64,000 nucleotides of DNA from Planctomycetota bacterium. GTDB lineage: Bacteria; Planctomycetota; Planctomycetia; Gemmatales; Gemmataceae. The notes under the pieces are model-generated. The model worked only from the letters and a program-made list of their open reading frames with translations. It made no database searches and was not told the DNA's origin. The stretch covers positions 5,873-69,872 of the forward strand of contig JAIOPV010000276.1 in the NCBI GenBank assembly GCA_021413735.1, given 5' to 3'. Shown in pieces: positions 55,601 to 64,000 of the stretch. Position 1 is the stretch's first letter, and each line of letters opens with the position of its first letter. The position numbers were made by a program, and so were the translations under genes.

Positions 55601-56331
55601 CGCCGGGGAAGGACGGCTCGATCTTTCGACACCTGCCGCCGTACTCACTTGAGAATCTCGGTCCCAAGCATCCCGACCGCATCGGCATCCTGATGCAGCC
55701 GAGTTGGCAGGTGGCGTGGTCCACGAACTTCCACAACGACATCGTCCGTCGCGGCCGGTGGGTGCGTGAGCACCTGCTGGGCGGGCGCGTTCCGGACCTG
55801 CCGATCAACGCGGCCGCGATGATCCCCGACGACCCGCACCGCACCTTGCGGCAGCGGCAGATGGTCACCCGCGAGGCCCAGTGCTGGAAGTGCCACTACC
55901 GCATGGACGAACTCGGGCTGCCGTTCGAGGACGTGACCCACTACGGCTTCCCCCGCCGCGCGGAGGAGGTGCTGGACCTCGAAGCGGTGGCGCAGAGCAA
56001 GGACAAGAAGGCGAAAATCTACCGCGATGCCCCGCTCGACGCGACCGGGTTCATCGCGTTCAGCGGCGACCCGAAGCTCGACGGCCCCGTCAAGGACGCC
56101 CCCGAAATGCTCCGCCGGCTTGCGGAATCGGACCGGGTGCGGCAGATCTTCATCCGCCACGCCTTCCGCTTCTTCCTCGGTCGCAACGAGACTCCCGGAG
56201 ACGCGGTCTCGCTGCAAGAAGCGGAGAAGGCCTACCTCGACAGCGGCGGCAGCTTCAAGGCGTTGCTCGTGTCGCTGCTTTCGTCGGAATCATTCCTGTA
56301 TCGAACGGTCCCCGCCAGGGAGAAGAAATGA
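52636..56331 (+). CDS. Fusion of a leucine-rich repeat array with a PSCyt1/DUF1592/DUF1588 cytochrome c, module 6
   Basis: 1231 aa. Signal peptide, about 500 aa of ~22-residue repeats LxLNGLTxLSDxAAxALAxHxG, then CASCH, WFFREYFDY, RRGRWVREHLLGG and CWKCH. Confidence 0.88.
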   Translation: MRQAIYGVLCLCLFHSVTGRAEELSAERAKQLLQDKSGRLILNHLTVLSPDAAKDLARHEGWLSLNGLRSLPNESAEVLALHKGQLHLDGLTALSPEAARSLARHYGELSLNGLTSLSDEAGVALAKHTGGRLYLKAVKSLSPDVAKALAQRKGGGPSNQVRLDGLESLSVEAAAALAEMHGHNWDGRLPAMKTIPEDVARALAKRPGGLSLEGLTSLSDEAAKALGGKLGGNLPGLTSLTVESAKAIAGPVPGQFHRTLNLDGLTALPDDIALAIGGKDSRGNLYLNGLTSLTPAAAKAICQREGDLYLDGLTTIPDDTLKAITEHKSPGYARPIVFLKGLTKLSDDGAVILAAWPKWCGELPALSMLSEKTAVALASSRNWDGKLPAVKQLSAEVAKAHAKRRGNLSLDGLAELSDAAANALAEHRDGTLSLNGLKNLSDKAAAALARHDGRLSLNGLTTLSDGAAGALAQHPGDWLILDGLTTLTDSAAKALAQHRGVVSLNGLTALAPETLKTLKTNTRIGLPESFRTAVVHQPTKADAKMVRAFLETHCASCHDAQSKSGDFTLAPLDQDDVAGRVAYASILERLRAGDMPPPSKKERPDPAEAAGVAKWIEAKLDAPLRGKPAYHPVREKPIDGNRLPNAILFGGPRGPSVPPPPRLWRLSPSAYTKWLGEFNAHGLQQPFGVIQDAGFRDFASLYAPDEGATSLLLSNAELLVAAQVRAHQLVNTNDNPVAAKETLWPNDARIKTATDAERELLKKGVRVRQGNGVFAPLMHPHVRASKDELEKAIRQQYQTAIARQPSDKELASVLALYDDIARDGDFPLAGRTILMAPMLTPEAILRFEVGTGAEMRPDVRMLSPRETAFALSLALSSKRDPGLLTAAALGKLTTRAEVAESVRRILDDPKVDKSQVLWFFREYFDYYRAPEVFKDPLPDYLQRRGIGYSPQGYVADTDFAILNILAHDKDVLKELLTTTASFRSHELFTPGKDGSIFRHLPPYSLENLGPKHPDRIGILMQPSWQVAWSTNFHNDIVRRGRWVREHLLGGRVPDLPINAAAMIPDDPHRTLRQRQMVTREAQCWKCHYRMDELGLPFEDVTHYGFPRRAEEVLDLEAVAQSKDKKAKIYRDAPLDATGFIAFSGDPKLDGPVKDAPEMLRRLAESDRVRQIFIRHAFRFFLGRNETPGDAVSLQEAEKAYLDSGGSFKALLVSLLSSESFLYRTVPAREKK

Positions 56332-57704
56332 CCACTCCACAACGCACGTTCACACCCGACCAATTGAACCGCCGGACGGCTCTCAAGGGCGTCACGCTCG
56401 GGGCGGGAGCCGTCGTGCTGCAACCGTTTCTGAATCGGCTCGCGGCCGAGGCACGCGGCGAAACGCCGCCTCCGCGGATCATCTTCGTGATGCAGGGGAA
56501 CGGCCTTTGGCCGCATCACATTCAGCCCAAGGGCATCGACAAGCACAAGGCGATCGGCCTTGTCGATCTTCCGTTGGCCGATCTGGAATTGCCAGACCCC
56601 ATCTCGCCGCTCGAACCGTTCAAGAAGCGGCTGGGGATTATCCAGAACCTCTCGCACAAGATCTCCGGCGGTGGCGACCACGGCAAGCACTACGGTGCCC
56701 TCGGCTGCTTCAACTGGCGTCGCGGGCCGCTCGCCCAAACAGTTGACCACGCGCTGGCCTCGGCTCAACCGAGTCCGATTCCGGTCGTCGGTCTGGCGGT
56801 TCAACCGTCGGTGGAAGCAGTTATCGTCAACACCGTCTCGGCCATTGCTCCCAAACGGCCGCAACCGATGGTGTGCCAGCCGGACATCGCCTTTCAGTCG
56901 CTCTTCGGCAGTGTCGCGGAAGGAAACGCCGGCAAGGCGTTCAACGCCCGGAACAAACTGCTGGACTGGGCTCGCTCCGACGTCAAGCGGGTCCAGAGTG
57001 AACTGCCGTCGATGGACCGGGAGAAGCTCGACATCTACCTCGACACATTCGAGCAGATGCGGACCCGTCAGGATCAGATCGCCACGATGAAGGACCGCCT
57101 CAAGGCGAACGTGCCGGTGATCGACAAGTTCAACAGCAAGATCGTGACCGAGCGGTTCGAGGCGCAGTGTGCGATCGCCGCCGCCGCGATCGCCTCTGGG
57201 CTCACGAACGTGGTAACTCTCGACGCCTCACCAACCGCGTATCACACGTGGAAGGAACTCGGCGTCACGGTCGATGGCCACTCCATCGGCCACATGACGG
57301 GGCACCCGGACCGTGACAAGCTCTGCACGCCGATTCGGAAGTTCCACGCCGAGCGGGTCGCGGATCTCGCGCGACGGCTCGACGCAGTGAAAGAAGGCAA
57401 CGGCACCGTTCTGGACAACACACTGATCGTCTGGATGAGCGACTCGGGCGAGGAACACCACGGCTTCTGTTCCGAATGGCCAATGGTGTTACTCGGCAAC
57501 CTCGGTGGTCGGCTCAAGACCGCGGGGCGGTTCCTGCAATTCCCCAAATACCAGAGCGCCGGCCACCGCACGATCGCGAACTTCTATCTCGCCCTGCTGC
57601 ACGCGGTCGGCGACAAACGGAAGTCGTTCGGTGAGATCGATCCGGCTCTCGAGGGCTTGCGCGACGTCAACCAGTCCGGCCCGCTGACGGAAATTCTGGC
57701 GTGA
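56328..57704 (+). CDS. DUF1552 protein, module 6
   Basis: Start MTTPQRTF with ATGA overlap. NRRTALKG, HSIGH and TVLDNTLIVWMSDSGEEHH. Confidence 0.9.
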   Translation: MTTPQRTFTPDQLNRRTALKGVTLGAGAVVLQPFLNRLAAEARGETPPPRIIFVMQGNGLWPHHIQPKGIDKHKAIGLVDLPLADLELPDPISPLEPFKKRLGIIQNLSHKISGGGDHGKHYGALGCFNWRRGPLAQTVDHALASAQPSPIPVVGLAVQPSVEAVIVNTVSAIAPKRPQPMVCQPDIAFQSLFGSVAEGNAGKAFNARNKLLDWARSDVKRVQSELPSMDREKLDIYLDTFEQMRTRQDQIATMKDRLKANVPVIDKFNSKIVTERFEAQCAIAAAAIASGLTNVVTLDASPTAYHTWKELGVTVDGHSIGHMTGHPDRDKLCTPIRKFHAERVADLARRLDAVKEGNGTVLDNTLIVWMSDSGEEHHGFCSEWPMVLLGNLGGRLKTAGRFLQFPKYQSAGHRTIANFYLALLHAVGDKRKSFGEIDPALEGLRDVNQSGPLTEILA

Positions 57705-57741
57705 CCCACGTTGGTACGTTTCCTTCTGTCAGGAACAGTTC

Positions 57742-60700
57742 ATGCGCACTGCTGCCATCTTGCTGATCACGTTGACCGCGAGCCACCTCTAAGCCGCACC
57801 GCTTCGGGCCGCACCGGAACGCGCCAGTTCCGTCACGAACAGCATCGGTATGAAACTCGTTTACATCCCGCCGGGGACGTTCACAATGGGCTCCCCGGAA
57901 AGCGAGCCGGGCCGGGAAGCACAAGAAGTGCAACACGAGGTCGATCTCACGAAGGGGTTTTACCTGGGACGATATGAAGTCACGGTCGGCCAGTTCAAGG
58001 AGTTTGTGAAGGAGACGAAGTACGAGACCGACGGTGAGCGCGATGGCAAGGGCGCTTTTGGCGTCAACGAGGCCGGCAAGATCGAGGAGATGCACGCCAA
58101 GTTCACCTGGAAAAGTCCGGGGTTCGAGCAGACCGACGATCACCCCGTGGTCGATGTGTCCTGGAATGATGCCAGGGCGTACTGCCAGTGGCTGAGCAAG
58201 AACGAGAAGAAGACGTATCGCCTGCCGACCGAGGCGGAGTGGGAGTACGCATGTCGCGCCGGCACCAAGACAGCCTATGTGCACGGCGATGATCCCGAAG
58301 GTTTGGCGACCATCGGCAACGGGGCCGACGCAACCGCCCGAGCCAGGTATCCGGGGTGGAGTATCGGTATCAAGGCGAAGGATGGCCACGTCTTCACGGC
58401 ACCCGTGGGCCAGTTCAAAGCCAACGCGTTCGGCCTTCACGATGTGCATGGAAACGTCTGGGAGTGGTGCGAAGACTGGTATGAGCCGAACAGTTACCCC
58501 AAAGAAAAGCAGGTCGATCCGACTGGGCCGGCGACGGGCAAAGCCAAGGTACAACGCGGTGGCGGTTGGTCGAGCGATGCGAAGCGTCTGCGTTCTGCGG
58601 CTCGTGTTGGCCGGGATGCTTCCGCCTACCGCGGCTGCTACCTTGGATTCCGTGTCGTTCTCGTTGCAGCGAATGAAAAGCCGACCAAAGAACCCGAAGC
58701 GGTCAAGAAGCCACCCGCGGGGCTGCGGGTGATGTTCAACGGCAACAGTTGGTTCAACTTCGTGCCGGGTGGCGTCGCCGATCAGGTCAGAGCAGCCGGG
58801 ATCGAGGGGCACAAGGAAGTCAAGGCTGCGAAACCGAACGACTTCAGCGTTATCGAAGCAGGTGAAGTCGATGTCTACGCACATGGCGTTCATTGGTGGA
58901 TGGAGGTGCCATGGGGAAAGGATGGCGTCTTTGCAGAGAAGATCGTCGAAATGGGGCGGAAGGTGAATCCGAACTTCCGGGCATACTACCATGCTGCCTG
59001 GTTGGTCGGCGATGGACGAGCCAAGGACATCAAGACCACGGCCGACTACGACGAATCCAAACTCGCGGATGTTCAGACGGCACTCGACAAGACACGCAAG
59101 GGTGTCGAGACCACCGTGGACAAACTGAACGAGAAGTTTGGCAAGCGGGTGGTGTTCCTGGTCCCGGTGGGTGATGCCACGGTGAAACTCCGGGGAATGA
59201 TCCTGGAAGGCAAGTACCCCGGTGTGAAGAAGCAGTCAGAACTGTGGACGGATGCGATGCCGCACGCCGGGCCGCATGTCATGGCCCTCAGCGGCTACTG
59301 CCACTTCGCGGCGATCTACCGCACCTCGCCGGTCGGCCTGAAGATCGATCGATTCAAGGAACTGACCGACGAGCAGCACGCGATCCTCCAAAAGATCGCA
59401 TGGGAAACGGTGTCGAAATATCCGTATGCCGGCGTCGCTGAGGCCCAAGATCCGAAATCGGAGCCTGCCAAGAAGCTCCCGGCTGGGCTGCACGTGGCGG
59501 GGGCTGGCAACAGTTGGTATTCGGAGGGCTCCGAGCCCCTGTGCAAGGCGGCGGGCATCGTCGGGCACAAGAAAATCACCGGCATCAATGGCAACCGCAC
59601 CGAGGACCTGACACCCTTGCTCGAAAAGGGCGAGTTCGACGCCTTCGTGTATGGGCGAACCGACATCGGCATGGAACAGAAGCTCCTGTCGGCCCTTCTG
59701 GAACTTGGCCCCAAGCACAATCCCAACTTCCGCGGCATTTATGTCCAGATGCCGTGGCTGGTGCATGACGGACGACAGGGCGTCAAGTCAGCAGAGGAAT
59801 ACGAAAAGACGGACCTGGCGGAAATGCAGGTGAAACTGGAGAAATCCCGCAAGCAACAGGAGGTCTGGGCCGACGAGGTCAACGCCAAGGCCAGCAAGCG
59901 AGTCGTCTTCCTTGTGCCGCTCGGCGACGGGATGCTGGAGGTGCGGAAGATGATCGCGGCCGGGAAGTTCCCCGGCGAGACGAAGCAATCCGGTGGGAAT
60001 TCGGTACTGCGGGGTGACATCATGCCGCACCAGGGACTTCTTGGAATGCGTCTGGGAAATTACATGCACTTTGCAGCTCTGTATCGGATGTCACCGGAAG
60101 GCCTCAAGTTCCCAGGCAAGGACGGTGATGGCCTGACCGACGAGCAGCGGGCGATACTCCAGAAGCTCGCGTGGGACATGGTCTCGAAGTACCCGTACGC
60201 AGGTGTTGCGAAGTTCGACGCACCCAAGCCTCCGAAGGATGGCGAGAAGCCGGTCCCGAAATCAGGCGATGACGCGACTGCCTTGCCGGACGCGTTGAAG
60301 GGGTGGAAGGCGACCACGGATCTACCCGCGGAGGCGGTGGTCACCGATTACAACGCCTACATCCAGACGTTACCCAAGGCCGAACGGCCCGGTGTTTCTG
60401 ACGTGAAATACTACGTCGATGACACGGGCCGAAATGCCGTGGCAGTCCTCGTCAATGTGGGCGGCGAACGGTGGACTCATCTCCTCGTTTACGACAAGCA
60501 GAACAAGCAAACCAGCGTGACGAAATTCGTTGCCAATAAGCCCACCGAGGAGCCGAAGGCCGCACCCACCCAAAAGCCGCCGGAGGGGTTGCGTGTCGCG
60601 TACACCCTCATGTCGAACGGCACCGAGATGGACGCGATCGTGAAAGCAGCCAACATCGTCGGACACAAGGCGACGGACGCACCATACTTCGGCACATGGC

Positions 60701-61395
60701 ATGGTTTCGTGAAAGGTGGCAAGGAAGGAATTCCGGAGAAGGCGCAGAAGCAGATTGCCAGCGGGGGCATCGACGCCCTCACGGTCGCGACGTGGACGTG
60801 GGCTCCGAACGAGGAAACTTGGCACAAGCACGTCGGTCTCGACTCGGCCCTCGCCGGTGTTGCGGAACTGGGCCTCGAAAAGAACCCGAACTTTCGCCTC
60901 TGCTGGCGAGCCTTCCTCAAACCCGCCACGGTCAAGAAGGGGAACGAGGTCGTTCCGGACTTCGTGCAAACCCGGAAAACGCTCGAGAAAGAAACGAAGG
61001 ATCTGGAAACCCATGTCGATCTGGTCAACAAGAAGCACGGCAGGCGGGTCGTTCTGATCGTGCCGCATGCCCAGGCCGGGCTGGCGCTGGTCGATGTGGT
61101 CGCCGCGGGCAAGTTCCCCGGCATCACGGACCCGGCGGAGTTGTGGATGAAAGAGGAGGCGTTCAACATGAACGTCCACCGACACCTACGGGCGCTGGCG
61201 GCCTACTGCGACTTCGCTGTGATCTACGGTGTCTCGCCGGAGGGGTTGAAACCGTCGTTCAAGGGCATCAGCTACAAGTCCAAGGGCGGGGCCGAACACT
61301 CCATGGAGGGCATCACCGACGAGCAGAATGGCATCCTCCAGAAGCTCGCATGGGAAACGGTCTCGAAATACCCCTACACCGGAGTCGCCCGATAG
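57742..61395 (+). CDS. FGE-sulfatase (SUMF1-like) domain plus three tandem SGNH-like domains; signal peptide interrupted by a premature TAA
   Basis: ATG 57742 gives MRTAAILLITLTASHL* (TAA 57790-92), then continues in frame AAPLRAAPE...NSIGMKL into the 1181-aa ORF from 57850. FGE motifs RLPTEAEWEYACRAG, GNVWEWCEDWY and GFRVV. Three repeats end in L(T)DEQ..ILQK.AW..VSKYPY.GVA. Confidence 0.82.
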
Positions 61396-61421
61396 CCGTG
61401 CGATGAGGATTTTTCGCACGG
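61396..61421 (+). terminator. Stem-loop immediately after the stop codon (possible terminator or processing hairpin)
   Basis: ccgtgcga-N10-tcgcacgg, an 8-bp perfect stem. No U-tract follows. Confidence 0.35.
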
Positions 61422-61552
61422 GATTCCCACCAGTTCGGCTAACTCACGAGACGGGGCGATGCGGGTACGCGTCGCGTGGGTGAGCAGCGGGTCGGGAATG
61501 TGGCCGAATTCCGGGGGCGGATTCGGAACGTAACCCGTGACAGGAACCGAAC

Positions 61553-63187
61553 ATGAACGCGTTTCGACTCGCACTATTCGTTCTGATCGTGTCCGTGTTC
61601 CCTCGCCCAGTATGGGCAGACGACGAGCGGTTGCGCGACACCATTGACCGCGAGATCAAGGCGGGTTGGGCGAAGGAAAAGATCACCGCACCGATTCAAT
61701 CGTCGGACAACGTGTTCCTGCGGCGTGTGCACCTCGACCTCGTCGGCATGATCCCCACATACGAAGAGACAACGGCCTTCCTCAAAGACACCGACCCGAA
61801 GAAACGCGAAAAGCTCATCGATAAGTTGCTGGCCGATCCGCGGTTCGCCCGACAGCAGTCCCACGTGTGGGACATGGCCATGCTGGGCCGCAACGCCAAG
61901 CTCGTGGAAGGGACGGTCGGCCACCGGAACCGCGAACGGTTTCGCCAGTGGCTCGCCAAGCAATTCGAGGCGAACGAGCCTTGGGACCGCGTAGCCGCGA
62001 AAATCCTCCGGGCCGAGGAAGATGGTTCGCAACTCTTTTTCGCGGTGAACAACGGCACGGACGAGATGGTTACCGCGGTTTCGCGCGTCTTCCTCGCGAC
62101 ACAAATTCAGTGCGCCAAGTGCCACGATCACCCGTACGAGCCGTGGACGCAAAAGGACTACCACGGCATGGCCGGTTTCTTCGTCCGCACCATGGCCGTG
62201 GAAGTTCCGGGTAAGCCCGAGATCACGAATCAGAAGGGCAAGCAGTACCTCGTTGGCGAGAAGGCCGTGGGCGAAGCACTGTTCGCCACCGAAGAACTCG
62301 ATCCGAAGACCAAGAAGAAGCAATCCATCCCCATCAAGCCGAAGTTCCTCAGTGGCGCGGTGCTGACCGAGCCAGAAGCACCGAAGGACTACGTCGAACC
62401 GAAGCTGAAACCGGGCGAGGTGCCGCCGAAGCCGGCGTTCTCCCGTCGCGAGAAGTTCAGCGAGTGGATGACGGCCAAGGACAACCCGTACTTCGCGAGG
62501 GCGGCGGTCAATCGCGTCTGGGCGCAGTTCATGGGGCGTGGCTTCGTTCACCCGGTCGATGACTTCAACTCGCAGAACACGCCGAGCCACCCTGAACTGC
62601 TGAAGGCCATCGAGAAAGAGTTCGTTGCCCACAAGTTCGATCTGAAGTGGCTTGTCCGGGAGATTGTCAGCAGCGAGGCGTATCAGGCGACCGATCTCGG
62701 CCCGGTCACCGACGCGATGCCGAAGCACTACGAGCGAGCCCGCATTCGCCCGCTGAGCGTCGAGGAGCTCACGGCATCGCTGCATCTGGCAACGGGTCTC
62801 GGCCTCGAATCGGCTCTGAAAGCCGAGCCGAGCAGCCAGTTGCTTCAGTACCTGGGCCAGCCCACTGACGGCCAGGGGCGGTTTCAGGGGAGTCTGTCGG
62901 AACACCTGTTCCTTCATAACGGCGACCAGTTCCGGGGTCTATGCCGCCCCAACAAGGGCAACCTGCCGGAGAAGTTGCTGACCGGTTCCGAGGACTGGAA
63001 CGCGAAGGTCGAGCGCATGTTCCTGTCGGTGTTGAGCCGGCCGCCCACCAGCGAGGAGAAGGAGCGATTCGTCAAATACCTGAGCGCGGACCCGAAGGAC
63101 GCGAAGGACGCGAAACTGGCGGCACAGCGCATGGAAGACGTGATGTGGGTGCTGGTCTCGTGTTCCGAGTTTCGATTCAACCGGTAG
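61553..63187 (+). CDS. DUF1549-DUF1553 protein (no N-terminal PSCyt1)
   Basis: 544 aa. VFLRRVHLDLVGMIPT, CAKCHDHP, NRVWAQFMGRG and SHPELL. Confidence 0.93.
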   Translation: MNAFRLALFVLIVSVFPRPVWADDERLRDTIDREIKAGWAKEKITAPIQSSDNVFLRRVHLDLVGMIPTYEETTAFLKDTDPKKREKLIDKLLADPRFARQQSHVWDMAMLGRNAKLVEGTVGHRNRERFRQWLAKQFEANEPWDRVAAKILRAEEDGSQLFFAVNNGTDEMVTAVSRVFLATQIQCAKCHDHPYEPWTQKDYHGMAGFFVRTMAVEVPGKPEITNQKGKQYLVGEKAVGEALFATEELDPKTKKKQSIPIKPKFLSGAVLTEPEAPKDYVEPKLKPGEVPPKPAFSRREKFSEWMTAKDNPYFARAAVNRVWAQFMGRGFVHPVDDFNSQNTPSHPELLKAIEKEFVAHKFDLKWLVREIVSSEAYQATDLGPVTDAMPKHYERARIRPLSVEELTASLHLATGLGLESALKAEPSSQLLQYLGQPTDGQGRFQGSLSEHLFLHNGDQFRGLCRPNKGNLPEKLLTGSEDWNAKVERMFLSVLSRPPTSEEKERFVKYLSADPKDAKDAKLAAQRMEDVMWVLVSCSEFRFNR

Positions 63188-63205
63188 TCAAGCCAGGGGA
63201 AGCAG

Positions 63206-64000
63206 ATGAAGAGGAACATCCAGGCGGGCACTTGCAACTCAGGGCACCACCTCAGCCGTCGCTCGCTGATGAAGGGGCTGCTCACCACGGCGGGCGGCAT
63301 GGCCGTCGCGAACTGGGGTGTGTTGACACATTCGCAGACGATCGCCGCGGAGACGAAACGATCGGGGAAGCGCTGCATCATGCTCTACATGGGCGGCGGC
63401 GCGAGCCAGATCGACACCTTCGACATGAAGCCGGGGCGGCCGACCGGTGGCGAATTCCGCCCGGTTCAGACCAAGGTCACCGGCATCCAGGTTTGCGAAT
63501 ACCTGCCGAACATTGCACGCCATGCCGAGAAACTCGGGATCATTCGCAGCATGCGAACGAAGACACCCGATCACGGCCCCGGCGGCTATTACATGCACAC
63601 GGGCTATCATCCGGGCGAGCGTTTTCCGCACCCGGAAGCCGGTGCGATGATCGCCAAGTATTGCGAAAACCCGGAAAGCGACCTGCCGAGTTTCGTCAAG
63701 ATCGGTGGGCAAAGCGGCATTTATGGCTCGGGTTATCTTGGACCGCAGTACGAACCGTTCGTGGTGGAAGAGGATGGCCGGGTTCCCAACTTTGTCAATC
63801 CGAGTGTCGGGACAGAAATTCAGGAACGTCGCGGCGAACTGCTGAACTTCATGGAGCAGCGTTTCGCCGAGCAGCGTAAAGGTGAGCCGTTCGCCGCTCA
63901 TCACACGGCGGAATTGCGCACGATTCGCCTGATGCGAGCCCGCCAAGCGTTTAACGTCAGTGCGGAGTGGGAGAGAGCCAAGGAGCGGTATGGGGACAAT
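63206..64000 (+). CDS. DUF1501 protein, 3' end runs off the window
   Basis: Hand translation MKRNIQAGTCNSGHHLSRRSLMKG...YMGGGASQIDTFDMKPGRPTGGEF...; the frame is open to the window end. Confidence 0.9.
   Translation, partial: MKRNIQAGTCNSGHHLSRRSLMKGLLTTAGGMAVANWGVLTHSQTIAAETKRSGKRCIMLYMGGGASQIDTFDMKPGRPTGGEFRPVQTKVTGIQVCEYLPNIARHAEKLGIIRSMRTKTPDHGPGGYYMHTGYHPGERFPHPEAGAMIAKYCENPESDLPSFVKIGGQSGIYGSGYLGPQYEPFVVEEDGRVPNFVNPSVGTEIQERRGELLNFMEQRFAEQRKGEPFAAHHTAELRTIRLMRARQAFNVSAEWERAKERYGDN

Noticed and set aside
541-55632. Many long ORFs antisense to or overlapping the called genes (e.g. 541-1545, 10467-12110, 26044-27552, 43644-45614, 35177-36850)
   Set aside because: They are shadow frames of GC-rich genes, with Arg/Ala/Gly/Pro-biased translations and no family motifs, and each overlaps a gene with clear motifs.
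47160-57737. Shared 11-mer tgtcaggaaca near two junctions
   Set aside because: Too short, and one copy is coding-like while the other overlaps an RBS, so it is probably coincidental.
6085-61500. Similarity between 6085-6120 (minus strand) and 61421-61500 (gat(t)cccaccagt and gtgagcag..cggg)
   Set aside because: Two short blocks with very different spacing in GC-rich DNA cannot be distinguished from chance without a statistical test.

Overview
GC-rich DNA with the protein families typical of Planctomycetota (probably Gemmataceae; inferred from gene content). The window is one bidirectional island: every credible gene from 1 to 32,062 is on the minus strand and every gene from 32,586 to 64,000 is on the plus strand. 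The arms diverge from a central spacer that holds a 201-bp nested-palindrome, MITE-like element and a perfect 30-bp palindrome. Cargo is repeated, diverged two-gene modules: six PSCyt/DUF1592-type c-type cytochrome + DUF1552 pairs, four DUF1549/DUF1553 + DUF1501 pairs, and two extra DUF1501 genes. Between them lie secreted beta-propellers (five PQQ-like, plus Kelch, WD40 and one other), three TIGR03067 proteins, ThuA-like, DUF1080 and alpha/beta-hydrolase genes, an ECF sigma/FecR-LamG pair, and a large FGE-domain protein with three SGNH-like repeats. The most unusual signal is at the junctions. Shortly after an intact gene's stop codon, the sequence repeatedly continues with a headless 3' tail of another gene (DUF1501 two or three times, DUF3500, ThuA, glycosidase-like), followed by the next intact module. 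One module is flanked by a 100/101-bp direct repeat. This suggests a module-collecting locus built from 5'-truncated operon pieces. I found no integrase, transposase, reverse transcriptase, tRNA, rRNA or CRISPR array. All family assignments come from recognised motifs, not database searches.
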